From NCBI GenBank assembly GCA_016182235.1, contig JACOXT010000003.1, positions 322,209 through 386,208 on the forward strand: a stretch of DNA of 64,000 nt. The letters run 5' to 3'. The position numbers and the translations under genes were made by a program. This stretch comes from Candidatus Levyibacteriota bacterium (GTDB lineage Bacteria; Patescibacteriota; Microgenomatia; Levybacterales; UBA12049). A model generated the notes under the pieces. That model saw only the letters and a program-made list of their open reading frames with translations, did not search any database and was not told the origin of the DNA. Below, in pieces: positions 28,044 through 38,313 of the stretch (within the stretch, counting starts at the first letter, position 1; every line of letters starts with the position of its first letter).

Positions 28044-30533
28044 TCAATGACGATGTGTTTTGAATTTGCGTATTTTATTTAATTTAAAGAAAATAATAAG
28101 TAAGATTATTACGACAGACGAAAGAGATATCATAAATCCAACTTTAAAAGACGCAGGTTGGTATTTAAATTTCACCGAATGATCTCCTTTAGGTAAGTAA
28201 ATACTTCTAAAAGCATAATCTGCGCGGTATATTTTAGTTTCTTTGCCGTCAACATACGCTTTCCACCCGGGATAATAGTTATCTGACAGGAAAAGCATCT
28301 GAGGAGTATTGGTATTTGCATTAATAACTATTTTTTGAGGCTCATAGGAAACAATAGTCGCAAAGGAGTTAGCTGATGATTTGGGTAAATTAATAAAATT
28401 GCCAGAACTTTTTATTTCTTCCGGTTTTTCTTCTACAATAATAGTAGACATAAGATTAATTTCTGGATCGAAGATTATATCTAAAATTTCTTGGGGTTTA
28501 TCTTTTATATAAATATTATTGGCTAGGAAAACTCTTGGAAGGCTACCAGCATACTCAAGGCCATACCAGTTTCCGCTTTGCCAGACAGGTCTAAAAAGTT
28601 TTTCGGGAAACTTATTAACTTCATTATCTTCTTGATTATGATCATCAAAAAAGAGAACATGCTTTATTCCAAGAAGCGACATGAGCCGAAGTCTTCTATT
28701 GTCCTCGAAGAGGTTTTCTTTTTCTCCAACTTCCGAAAGCCTCGCTTCAATACGGGGAATATCTTTGACAAGTTTTCCATTATTTTTAACAGCATAAAGA
28801 AGTTCTCCATACCGACGCGGAAAAACAGGATTTGCCCCTTCGACAGAGTAGATATGGGAATATGTTGATATATTCTCCTCCATTGGTTGACGAAAGGTTA
28901 AAAATCTGTCCAAGGAATTTCTTGATTGGAGATATGTAATTACAGGATTTTTTGGATAAAGAAATTGCGGATCACCAATTACAATATATTTGTTAAGAAA
29001 ATAAAATTGTCCAATTAAGGTTATAAGAATGATTCCAGATAGCAGAAAATTAGATAGTTTTTTGGTTTGCAATAAAATAAAAAGAAAAGATAAAGTAAGA
29101 AAGGGTAAGACTAAATTCTTGAGAAGAACGATCACATCACTTTTAGTTGGCGAAGACCCATGTCTAATTATATAATCATTTAATTTTTTGAAAAATTCTA
29201 GGTGACTATAATTTAACAGCATTAAACCATAGGCCGCGGCAAGTAAAAATGCCATAAATAGAAAAGAAAATATTACAAATAAAAGTCTTCGGTATCTTTG
29301 TATGTTATTTATTAGAATAGATAGTCCAAATGCAGAAAGAACAGATATTGAAAATGTGGTCAAAAAAAGTATTCGGCTGGGCAGAAATGTAGGAAGCAAT
29401 GGAACTGGGAGCTGAAAAAACCATCTTGTAAAAGGCGAATCAAGCGTCAGGAAAAAAGAGATAAAGACAGAAAAAGTAAAAAAACGAATAACTGGATTTA
29501 TTTTTAATTTAAAACTTGCATATACAGCAAAGACAAGCGGTACAAGTCCTGCATAAAAAATTGTTTCCCGATAAAAACCTCGGCCAAAAAAATTATATGC
29601 TCCCGGATTGCCAAAGATATCCGGAATAAGAGCGTTTAGTAAGTGTGTAATAGGAAGAAGGTAGCCTTCAAATAAATACCATGCGGAAGATGTGCTTCGT
29701 GGTGATTCTAAAAATGCTTCTATAGATGGAAGTAATTGCGCTGCGGACAGACACAAAGAGAAAATATAGATGCAAATGATCTTAAAAGTATAATTAAAGA
29801 AAGGTAGTTTTAAAGTTTTGATGCGAAATAGACTATACAGAAAAGAAAATATTAGTACATAAAAAGTTATTTGAATAAATCCTCCAAGGATGGAACACGT
29901 AAGGGCAATAATTGTTATAAAATAGTACCATAGTCTTTTGCGGGTTAAATATCCTTCTATGCCAAAAATCGCAAGAGGAAGCCATAAGCCTGCTTGACCC
30001 GCAGCAACATGCTCCTGGCTCCATACAAGCATAAATCCAGAAAATCCAAAAGATATTGCTCCAAGCCAAACTGCGTATTTCTTAAGGTTAAAAAGGTTTA
30101 AAAAAAGATACATAAAATAAATTGCCATCAGCGGTTGAATGAATAAAAGAATTTCCCATGCATAAACCTGTGGAAGAAAAAAATACAGTATATTTGCGGG
30201 ATAAAATATGGCAGATTGAAAATCTGCAAGGAAAGGTGTGCCGCTAAATATATGGGGATTCCAAAGTGGGATTATACCTTTTCTCAGCATTTCGTTAGCA
30301 AATGTTCTTTCGGGATAAAATAACCGGATTTGATCATCTCCAATTGGTTTGTGCGGAATGCCCGTTTCCCAGCCTGCAAAATCTTCTGTTCTCCAGGGAG
30401 AGTAAAATTGAGCGAGAAAATTTGACGGAAAAAGAATCCTTCCATCGAAGACGACTTGTCTATAGATGAACAGTAATCCGATTAGGATTAATAGTAGTAT
30501 AAAAAAATCCAAGGAGTTCAATAATCGCTTCAT
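28044..30533 (-). CDS. YfhO-family membrane protein (GT-C-like), opposite strand
   Basis: DQIRLFYP, IPLWNPHIFSGTPFLADFQS, LPRVF, NYYPGWKAYVDG, ADYAFRSI, YQPASF then a TM helix. Confidence 0.87.
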   Translation of the reverse strand: MKRLLNSLDFFILLLILIGLLFIYRQVVFDGRILFPSNFLAQFYSPWRTEDFAGWETGIPHKPIGDDQIRLFYPERTFANEMLRKGIIPLWNPHIFSGTPFLADFQSAIFYPANILYFFLPQVYAWEILLFIQPLMAIYFMYLFLNLFNLKKYAVWLGAISFGFSGFMLVWSQEHVAAGQAGLWLPLAIFGIEGYLTRKRLWYYFITIIALTCSILGGFIQITFYVLIFSFLYSLFRIKTLKLPFFNYTFKIICIYIFSLCLSAAQLLPSIEAFLESPRSTSSAWYLFEGYLLPITHLLNALIPDIFGNPGAYNFFGRGFYRETIFYAGLVPLVFAVYASFKLKINPVIRFFTFSVFISFFLTLDSPFTRWFFQLPVPLLPTFLPSRILFLTTFSISVLSAFGLSILINNIQRYRRLLFVIFSFLFMAFLLAAAYGLMLLNYSHLEFFKKLNDYIIRHGSSPTKSDVIVLLKNLVLPFLTLSFLFILLQTKKLSNFLLSGIILITLIGQFYFLNKYIVIGDPQFLYPKNPVITYLQSRNSLDRFLTFRQPMEENISTYSHIYSVEGANPVFPRRYGELLYAVKNNGKLVKDIPRIEARLSEVGEKENLFEDNRRLRLMSLLGIKHVLFFDDHNQEDNEVNKFPEKLFRPVWQSGNWYGLEYAGSLPRVFLANNIYIKDKPQEILDIIFDPEINLMSTIIVEEKPEEIKSSGNFINLPKSSANSFATIVSYEPQKIVINANTNTPQMLFLSDNYYPGWKAYVDGKETKIYRADYAFRSIYLPKGDHSVKFKYQPASFKVGFMISLSSVVIILLIIFFKLNKIRKFKTHRH

Positions 30534-30597
30534 CCCTCAAGTTATTCTATATCATGCTTGAAGTATGGTATCATAATAAAGATCATATGTTCAAAAT

Positions 30598-32118
30598 ATG
30601 CCAAGAATTTTTCTGAATCGGCTGCTCTATTTGATCTTACTTCTTATAACTTTGTTTAACATATATCTTGGTTCTTCTTTGGCTCGTCATGGTGAAGTAA
30701 ATTTTTTTAACGATGTTGCGAGAGATTTTCTTCTCTTGCAAGAATTGGATGAAAAAAAAATTGTGCTAATAGGCCCAAGATCAAGCACCAACGGTCTCTT
30801 TCATGGTCCACTTTGGACATATATTAACTACCCTGCCTATGTGGTCGGAAACGGTGATCCGGTAGTTATTGCATGGTTTTGGATTTTTCTTGAATGCATT
30901 TTTTTACTTACCTCCTTTTATATGGTAAGAAAAATGTTTGGTACGCTCCCAGCTTTTGTCTTTATTGCGCTCATTTCCGCGAGGATTGTCCCTCATATAA
31001 ATAACGTGTTCCATTCTGAAGCGACCTTTTTTTTCATTCCCATGTTATTCTTCACTATATATATGTATATTACAGTCAAAAAAAATCTTTATCTTGTCCT
31101 GCATTTACTAGCATTGACAATACTTATTCAGCTTGAGGTTGGCGTAGGGATTCAATTTCTAATACTTTCAGGAATACTGATTGTTTGGTTTATCTATAAA
31201 CATAAACTCTGGAGCCACTTAATTACTTTTTCTTTAGTTCCACTTTTTCTGTCAAACTTGATACTATTTGATTTTCGCAATGACTTACGGATGGCAAAGG
31301 TAATTTTCTCAACAGGTGGATCCTTACATTTTTTTATACCACTCAGATCTTGGGTGGAAAATAGGATCAATAATACTGTCTCCTTACAGCTTTTTGAGGG
31401 TAATGAAAACAAACTACTTGTTTTGGTTATTTTTGGCTTAGTTATGCTCTTCGCAATTTTACAGATTAAAAACAAAAGTAAGCATAAACACATATATCTT
31501 CTTCTTTTCTTTTATTATTTCGGCTATATGATTCTCTCTTTTTTTAATAAAGGAGTTCTTCTATTTCACTATGTTTATCTGCTTATACCTCTAACTACGC
31601 TTTTACTTGTTTCTTTTCTTGGAGGTAAATATAAAGTGCTTTTTTTAACTTTTATTGTTGTTGTTTTTTATCATAATTTTACTTCTGCCAAAAGCTATGC
31701 TATGTCCAGGGAACTTCTTATAGGAAAAAACTATAACTCCTGGGGGGCGCTAAGTGAAGTTGCCAAAGAGGTAATTAACAGGCAAAATGGAAAGGAGTTT
31801 GGCTATTTTGTATTTGCGCCCGATGCGTTTGCATATCAACCTAGATATGCGATGATATATCATTTTAGTAAAACAGGTGCAAAAGCCTTTGAATATACAA
31901 AAAAACCTACAACATATGTTATTGCTTCTCCTCCGCCAGCAAATGATCCTTATATGACCCATGTTTGGTGGCGTAAAGTTCCATTAAGGATTTCGTCAGA
32001 GCCCATTGATACTAAAAAATTTCCGAGTGGATTTACAATCGAGAAATTTAGTCTAAGTCAAGAAGAACAACGTATTCCGCATGACAAGGCTATAGAGCTA
32101 GGGATTCATTTCCGATGA
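30598..32118 (+). CDS. GT-C membrane glycosyltransferase, D-x-x-RD subfamily
   Basis: FFNDVARD, LIGPRSSTNGLFHGPLW.Y, GDP, LFDFRND, C-terminal F.Y.VF.P..Y.Y domain. Confidence 0.78.
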   Translation: MPRIFLNRLLYLILLLITLFNIYLGSSLARHGEVNFFNDVARDFLLLQELDEKKIVLIGPRSSTNGLFHGPLWTYINYPAYVVGNGDPVVIAWFWIFLECIFLLTSFYMVRKMFGTLPAFVFIALISARIVPHINNVFHSEATFFFIPMLFFTIYMYITVKKNLYLVLHLLALTILIQLEVGVGIQFLILSGILIVWFIYKHKLWSHLITFSLVPLFLSNLILFDFRNDLRMAKVIFSTGGSLHFFIPLRSWVENRINNTVSLQLFEGNENKLLVLVIFGLVMLFAILQIKNKSKHKHIYLLLFFYYFGYMILSFFNKGVLLFHYVYLLIPLTTLLLVSFLGGKYKVLFLTFIVVVFYHNFTSAKSYAMSRELLIGKNYNSWGALSEVAKEVINRQNGKEFGYFVFAPDAFAYQPRYAMIYHFSKTGAKAFEYTKKPTTYVIASPPPANDPYMTHVWWRKVPLRISSEPIDTKKFPSGFTIEKFSLSQEEQRIPHDKAIELGIHFR

Positions 32119-32129
32119 GATAAAAAGTT

Positions 32130-33755
32130 ATGATATTTAAAGAAAAAAAATATATACTGTTTTTGGTTGTTATAGTTCTTCTCGCTTTCTTTTTGCGGTT
32201 TTATAAACTTGGGCAAAATCCGCCCTCTCTAACATGGGATGAGGCGGCGTGGGGATATAATGCATATTCTTTAGGTATTGATGGGAGAGATGAGTTTGGC
32301 AGATTTTTACCCCTGAATTACCTAGAGTCTTTTGGAGATTTTAAGCCTCCCGTTTATGCATACTTAGATATTGTCCCGATTAAATTATTTGGTCTTAATG
32401 AATTTGCAGTCCGTTTTCCTTCAGCCTTTTTTGGTGTCTTAACAGTGCTAATAGCTTATTTTTTAACTAAGAGGATTTTTTGGAATTCAAAATCAAAAGA
32501 TGAATACGCATTATTTTCATCATTATTCTTGGCTATTTCACCATGGCACATAATGCTGTCTCGTGGCGCATTTGAAGCTAATGTAGCCACTTTCTTTTTG
32601 GTGGGCGGTATATGGTTATTTGTAGCAGCTATGCAAGAGAGGAAATGGTATATAGTTATATCTAGCATCTTTTTTACACTTTCCATATATACTTTTAACA
32701 CAGCAAGAATTGTGGCTCCAATTTTAGTTTTACTCCTAGCTATTTTATTTAGAAGAAGACTTATGGAGAATAAAAAAGAAACATTAGTAGCGATTATAGT
32801 TGGAATTTTATTGTTACTGCCGACATTGGGCTTCTTATTTTCTTCTCAGGCAAGTCTTAGATTTAAAGAAGTAAATATCTTTTCAGATATAGACATTGTT
32901 AAGAGAGTTAATCAGGAAATCGAAAACGATAAAAACGTTTCGTGGCCAATAATACATAATAGGCGCATAGCATATGCTGTAGAGTACCTAAGACACTATT
33001 TTGACAATTTAAGCCCAAGCTTTTTATTTATAAAGGGAGATGGTAATCCTAAATTTTCTACACAGGATATTGGCCAGCTTTATTTATGGGATTTACCCCT
33101 CATTGTTATTGGAGCTTTATTTTTATTTAAAAGAAAAGAAGGTTTTTGGTGGATAATTCCAATATGGCTTTTGATAGGTATTATTCCCGCTGCGACCGCA
33201 AGGGAAACACCTCACGCTCTTCGTATAGAGACGACTCTTCCAACGTTTCAAATAATGACCGCATATGGATTAGTACTCTTAATAAACTATATAAACAAAT
33301 ATAAACGTTTAATTATTGGTTGTTTATGGATTTTGCTATTTTTAAATATAGTTTATTTTTTACATGGGTATATAGGACATTACCCTAGAGAATTTTCCGG
33401 AGAGTGGCAATACGGATATAAGCAATCGATAGAATATGTAGAAAGTGTCCAAGATAACTATGATCAAATCAGAATTACTGCTGCGATGGGTAGACCATAT
33501 ATATATTATGCATTTTATACCAAAACAGATCCTAAACTTTTAAGGAAGAGTGTAGTAGTAAAAAGAGATCCTTTCGGGTTTGTTACAATTACAGGCTTTT
33601 TAAAGTATCGCTTCGATGATAATCTCAGTTCAATAAAATCAACAACAAAGGTGCTGTATATAGATTCACCGTCAAGAGTTCATCCAAAAGGAGATATATT
33701 GAAGAGATTTTATTTATTAAATGGTGAAGAAATTCTTACGGCTTATAGGCTATAA
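32130..33755 (+). CDS. ArnT/PMT-like GT-C membrane glycosyltransferase
   Basis: NPPSLTWDEAAWGYNAYS, GDFKPPVYAY, FGLNEFAVRFPSA, PWHIMLSRGAFE, WQYGYK. Confidence 0.88.
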   Translation: MIFKEKKYILFLVVIVLLAFFLRFYKLGQNPPSLTWDEAAWGYNAYSLGIDGRDEFGRFLPLNYLESFGDFKPPVYAYLDIVPIKLFGLNEFAVRFPSAFFGVLTVLIAYFLTKRIFWNSKSKDEYALFSSLFLAISPWHIMLSRGAFEANVATFFLVGGIWLFVAAMQERKWYIVISSIFFTLSIYTFNTARIVAPILVLLLAILFRRRLMENKKETLVAIIVGILLLLPTLGFLFSSQASLRFKEVNIFSDIDIVKRVNQEIENDKNVSWPIIHNRRIAYAVEYLRHYFDNLSPSFLFIKGDGNPKFSTQDIGQLYLWDLPLIVIGALFLFKRKEGFWWIIPIWLLIGIIPAATARETPHALRIETTLPTFQIMTAYGLVLLINYINKYKRLIIGCLWILLFLNIVYFLHGYIGHYPREFSGEWQYGYKQSIEYVESVQDNYDQIRITAAMGRPYIYYAFYTKTDPKLLRKSVVVKRDPFGFVTITGFLKYRFDDNLSSIKSTTKVLYIDSPSRVHPKGDILKRFYLLNGEEILTAYRL

Positions 33756-33778
33756 GGAAAAATTAGTTATAGGTTTGT

Positions 33779-35434
33779 ATGAAGAAACATACTGAATATT
33801 TGTTGCTCTTTATTGTTGTTATTGTAGCGGCGACATTGCGCTTATGGCAGTTGGGAAACATACCAAGTTCTCCAGATTGGGATGAGGTTGCGCTTGGGTA
33901 CAATGCTTACTCTATTATGCAAACAGGTCGAGACGAATATGGAAAATTCCTGCCAATTGTTTTACGATCTTTCGATGATTATAAGCCTGCCTTATATGCT
34001 TATCTTTCAATACCTGCAATTATTATTTTTGGATTAAATGAGTTTGCGGTTAGATTACCATCGGCAACTTTTGGAATATTGACTGTTTTAGCTACATTCT
34101 TTTTGGTTAGAGAGTTATTTAAGAAAGATAATATTGCGCTCTTGTCATCTTTTCTGCTAGCTATATCTCCTTGGCATATTCAGTTTTCGAGAATTGCTTT
34201 TGAATCAAATGTTGGGCTTGCCTTTAATTCATTTGCTGTCTTATTTTTTCTTTGGGGTCTGAAAAAACCATGGATATTGGTAATGTCATCTATAGTGATG
34301 GCCTTAAATTTATATGTTTATCAAAGTGAAAAAGTTTTCACTCCATTACTTTTTGTTTTATTGGTAATCTATTTTAGAAAACAGCTGTTTTTAATTTCGA
34401 AAAAATATCTAATTATGGCTTTCCTGTTAGGTCTTTTTGTCTCCTTACCGATGATTCATTATACATTTACTAATAGGGAAGCATTATCTAGAGCCCAAGA
34501 TGTTAGCATTCTTACAAATAAAGCACCAGATCTTGCCGAGAATGTAGTGAGGCTTATGAAGGATAGAGAGAGAAACGATATCCTAGGTCTCATTTTAGAT
34601 AACAGACGAGTTACGTATTTTAAAAATATTGCCTCGGGATATCTTTCTCATTTTGACCTTAACTGGTTATTTATAGAAGGAGATATAGCGCGCCATCATG
34701 CTCCTAGCATGGGACTTCTCTATATATTTGAATTTCCGTTCCTGCTCATTGGAATACACATGCTTTTATTTGGAGCATTTCCTAGAAAAACAAAATTACT
34801 TATATTCGGTTGGTTTTTAATAGCTCCTATTCCTGCTTCTGTAACCAGCGACGTGCCTCATGCTGTGCGTACTCTTAATTTTCTGCCAACTTTTCAAATT
34901 TTTACAGCAATAGGGCTAATTTCGACTATAAGTTTAGTATCAAATATTAAATATAAAATATTAAGTATGAAGATAAGATATATAACCTTTGTTTTTTTCT
35001 TCTTCTTTTTTGCCTTTAATTTCTCATATTACATAAATCAGTATTTTGTTCAGCAGAATTATTTTCATGCGAAATATTGGCAGTATGGATATAAAGAGGC
35101 TGTTGAATTTCTTATGCCAGTACAGAATAAGTACAACAAAATAATAGTTGCTAATACCCAGCCTCTAGACCAGTCCTATATTTTTTTTCTATTTTATTCA
35201 AAATATGATCCATCAAAGTATTTGGCTGATGGAGGCACAAAATCGGGTATTTTAGAGGAAGATAGAAATAAGTTTTTAAATTTTGAATTTAGGCCATTTA
35301 CCTATTATACCGAAGAAAGTCAAAATATACTTTTGGTTGGAAGCTCATCTGATTTTAAAGAGATATTCAAAACCATAAAAAGAATTGATTACCCAAATGG
35401 AGAAGTAGCAATTAGAATCGTACATAAAGATTGA
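33779..35434 (+). CDS. ArnT/PMT-like GT-C membrane glycosyltransferase
   Basis: PSSPDWDEVALGYNAYS, DDYKPALYAY, FGLNEFAVRLPSA, PWHIQFSRIAFE, WQYGYK. Confidence 0.88.
   Translation: MKKHTEYLLLFIVVIVAATLRLWQLGNIPSSPDWDEVALGYNAYSIMQTGRDEYGKFLPIVLRSFDDYKPALYAYLSIPAIIIFGLNEFAVRLPSATFGILTVLATFFLVRELFKKDNIALLSSFLLAISPWHIQFSRIAFESNVGLAFNSFAVLFFLWGLKKPWILVMSSIVMALNLYVYQSEKVFTPLLFVLLVIYFRKQLFLISKKYLIMAFLLGLFVSLPMIHYTFTNREALSRAQDVSILTNKAPDLAENVVRLMKDRERNDILGLILDNRRVTYFKNIASGYLSHFDLNWLFIEGDIARHHAPSMGLLYIFEFPFLLIGIHMLLFGAFPRKTKLLIFGWFLIAPIPASVTSDVPHAVRTLNFLPTFQIFTAIGLISTISLVSNIKYKILSMKIRYITFVFFFFFFAFNFSYYINQYFVQQNYFHAKYWQYGYKEAVEFLMPVQNKYNKIIVANTQPLDQSYIFFLFYSKYDPSKYLADGGTKSGILEEDRNKFLNFEFRPFTYYTEESQNILLVGSSSDFKEIFKTIKRIDYPNGEVAIRIVHKD
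34938..34972 (+). repeat. in-frame degenerate heptamer tract
   Basis: TATCAAA TATTAAA TATAAAA TATTAAG TATGAAG. Confidence 0.7.
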
Positions 35435-35435
35435 T

Positions 35436-36722
35436 GTGGAAAAAACATTCATTCCGTTACGCCTTTGGGCCAATAAAACTTTCGCATTATTTGTTCTTAT
35501 ATTTATTTTGTTGATTTTTTTGAGATTTTATGACATTGATACGAGGAGTTCATTTGGATTTGATCAAGTAAACAATGCATGGGCCGCAAAAAAAATTATC
35601 GTGAATCACGAATTTCCGCTTCTTGGATTTCAAGCAAAAGTTAATAGCGGGATATATATAGGACCATTTTATTATTATCTTATCGCGATTGTTTATTTTT
35701 TAACAGATCTTAATCCAATAGCTTCTGGGATTATGGCAGGCGTAACGAGCATATTTACATTTCTTACTCTTTTTTATATTACGGGGAAAATCTTTCATGT
35801 AAATGCAGCAATTATTGCAGTTTTTTTAAATACTGTATCCTTTTTTGCTATAAATTTTGATAGAGTACAAGGCCCGGTTAATTTTATTCCGTTAATATCT
35901 CTTATTATCTTTTTTGCTCTTTATAAAATAGTAACAGGAAGCCCAAAATTTATCTTACTATTGTCGTTTGCATTTGGTTTTTCGCTTCATGTTCACATTA
36001 CTTCTATATTTTTTCCGATTATTATATTACTTTCTTTGCCCTTTTTTCCAAGAACGAAAGATATGTTGAGATTTACATTTCTAAGTATTCCCATATTTTT
36101 ATTTTTTCTTTTCCCAAGCGTTCTTGCGTTTTTACAGAATCAGAGATATGCTTCAGATGCGATTAGTTATGGAAATACATATTTCCACGGCTTTCATCTA
36201 AAAAGAGTAATGCAGTTGACTAATGACGCATTTATTCAATTTGAGTCATATTTCAATTATTCAGATATTATTAAGTACTTGAAGTTTATTCTTCTCCCAT
36301 CATTTATATTTCTATATCTTTATAAAAATACATCCAGAGGCAAATTACTATTTTGTTATTTGGTTTTGCTTTGGTTTGTGATACCTTGGTTGGTGCTTTC
36401 TACTTATAGTGGAGAAATAAGTGATTATTATTATTCTTCGAATAAGTATGTCGCATTATTAATTATAGCCTATTTAGTATCGAAAGCTTTTCAAATAAGA
36501 AATACTTTAACGAAGTTGACAATAATAATTCTTTTATTTTCCTATGTGGTATTTAATCTACAAAGTTTTTTTTCATCAACATCCGTTGATAATCTTAAGG
36601 ACGCAAGAGAATTTGTAGAGAAGGAAATCGAGGAGGGGAGAAAGGTTGGATTTCAGGAAGGGGTTCCCGAGTCGTATTTGTATTATTATTTTATGAGGAA
36701 AAGAGGAGAAGAGGTTTATTGA
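35436..36722 (+). CDS. GT-C membrane glycosyltransferase, D-x-x-RD subfamily (divergent motif)
   Basis: LRFY, FGFDQVNN, PLLG...GIYIGPFYYYL; GTG start. Confidence 0.75.
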   Translation: MEKTFIPLRLWANKTFALFVLIFILLIFLRFYDIDTRSSFGFDQVNNAWAAKKIIVNHEFPLLGFQAKVNSGIYIGPFYYYLIAIVYFLTDLNPIASGIMAGVTSIFTFLTLFYITGKIFHVNAAIIAVFLNTVSFFAINFDRVQGPVNFIPLISLIIFFALYKIVTGSPKFILLLSFAFGFSLHVHITSIFFPIIILLSLPFFPRTKDMLRFTFLSIPIFLFFLFPSVLAFLQNQRYASDAISYGNTYFHGFHLKRVMQLTNDAFIQFESYFNYSDIIKYLKFILLPSFIFLYLYKNTSRGKLLFCYLVLLWFVIPWLVLSTYSGEISDYYYSSNKYVALLIIAYLVSKAFQIRNTLTKLTIIILLFSYVVFNLQSFFSSTSVDNLKDAREFVEKEIEEGRKVGFQEGVPESYLYYYFMRKRGEEVY

Positions 36723-36725
36723 AGT

Positions 36726-38297
36726 ATGTCGAAAAAAATTGCTCAAAACTATGGAATAAACATGGCGTTTAAAATAATCTATAAAACCATAAATTTTGAA
36801 CATATTCTATATATAATACTTTTTTTTGCGCTGGCTAGCGGTATAATTTTGAGATCAGTAGAGGTTGTAAATAGAAATTATCTTTTTGGATTTGATCAGG
36901 GAAGAGATTATCTTGCTGTAAAAAATATTGTATTGGATCATAAGTTAACTCTTATTGGATCAGAGATAGGAGCTGGTGTTGCTGGATTTAGCGGTATTTT
37001 CCATGGACCCTTTTTTTATTATTTACTAGGTTTTCCCTTCTTATTTTTTAATGGAGATCCTTATGGGGGAATGGTATTAATGTACATATTGGGAATTGGG
37101 ACAATTATTCTTGGATATATTATTGGAGAGAAGCTCTTTGATACTAAAGTAGGATTATTTACAGCATGTATTCTTGCTGTTTCACCGCCTTTTATTTCAT
37201 ACACAAGATTTATTTGGAATTCTAACCCTGCGCCACTATTTATTTTGTGTTCATTTTATTTTGTATTCATGTTTACAAAAAAAAGAAAAATAATGTATCT
37301 TTTTTGGGCTTCCTTTTTATCGACTTTTATATACAATTTTCAACTGGCTATAGCAATGCCCCTAGCTATTAGTCTTTTTATATACTGCCTTTTTGTACTA
37401 AGACTAAGGCAAATTAAGCAGTATGTTGTGTTATTTTTAGGAATGATCATTGTATTTTCGCCTATGTTATTTTTCGAAATTCGTCATGGATTCCAAGCGA
37501 TAAATGGAGTCTTAATTTATATGTTTGATCATCCGGAAACCGCAACAACGCAAACATTTTGGGTACTTCTCTTACGCGATCATTTGTTAGCATTCTTTAA
37601 TAATTTTTTGTCTACTTTTCCTCGACAAAACATTATTTTTTCTGTAGTAGTTATTGCGATTTTTCCCGCCACTTTTTATTTTGTTAAGAAAGAGAAAGAC
37701 AAGCAAAGAAAACAATTTATTCTTTATTTCCTCTTTCTTATACCCGTAACGTTTGTTGTATTGGGATTTTTGAGAAATTTTGTATACAATTATTATCTCA
37801 TTCACCTTAACCTTGCCTACATATTCCTAGCTGTTTTTGTAATTGCATCTATTTTTAATACACGACACGAGATAGTAAAGAGCTTCGTAACTATATACAT
37901 ATCAGTTCTATTGATAACTAGTATTTTTTCTAACATTAAAACGTTTTATTATGACATTGCTGATTATGGGGGAACGCATAAAATTAGAGGAAAAATAGAC
38001 GCGATAGAGCATATCTATAAAGATGCTAATGGGGAAAAATTTGGACTACTCGTATTTAGTCCGCCTATATATACCTATCCCTATAATTATCTTGTTGATT
38101 GGTATGGAAAAAAGAAATATGGATATATCCCTCATCGAGAAAAACAAGGACTTGTTTATCTTCTTATTGAAAAAGACACGTCAAAACCATGGAGCTATAA
38201 GGGGTGGCTTGAGACAGTGATAAAAGAAGGTGATATTCTTAGTACAGAACAGCTTACCAGCGGTTTTGTTGTCCAGAAACGATTATTTAAAGAATAA
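36726..38297 (+). CDS. GT-C membrane glycosyltransferase, D-x-x-RD subfamily
   Basis: FGFDQGRD, LTLIG...GIFHGPFFYYL, GDP, IWNSNP, FEIRHGF. Confidence 0.8.
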   Translation: MSKKIAQNYGINMAFKIIYKTINFEHILYIILFFALASGIILRSVEVVNRNYLFGFDQGRDYLAVKNIVLDHKLTLIGSEIGAGVAGFSGIFHGPFFYYLLGFPFLFFNGDPYGGMVLMYILGIGTIILGYIIGEKLFDTKVGLFTACILAVSPPFISYTRFIWNSNPAPLFILCSFYFVFMFTKKRKIMYLFWASFLSTFIYNFQLAIAMPLAISLFIYCLFVLRLRQIKQYVVLFLGMIIVFSPMLFFEIRHGFQAINGVLIYMFDHPETATTQTFWVLLLRDHLLAFFNNFLSTFPRQNIIFSVVVIAIFPATFYFVKKEKDKQRKQFILYFLFLIPVTFVVLGFLRNFVYNYYLIHLNLAYIFLAVFVIASIFNTRHEIVKSFVTIYISVLLITSIFSNIKTFYYDIADYGGTHKIRGKIDAIEHIYKDANGEKFGLLVFSPPIYTYPYNYLVDWYGKKKYGYIPHREKQGLVYLLIEKDTSKPWSYKGWLETVIKEGDILSTEQLTSGFVVQKRLFKE

Positions 38298-38313
38298 AAA
38301 GTAACTCAAAACT

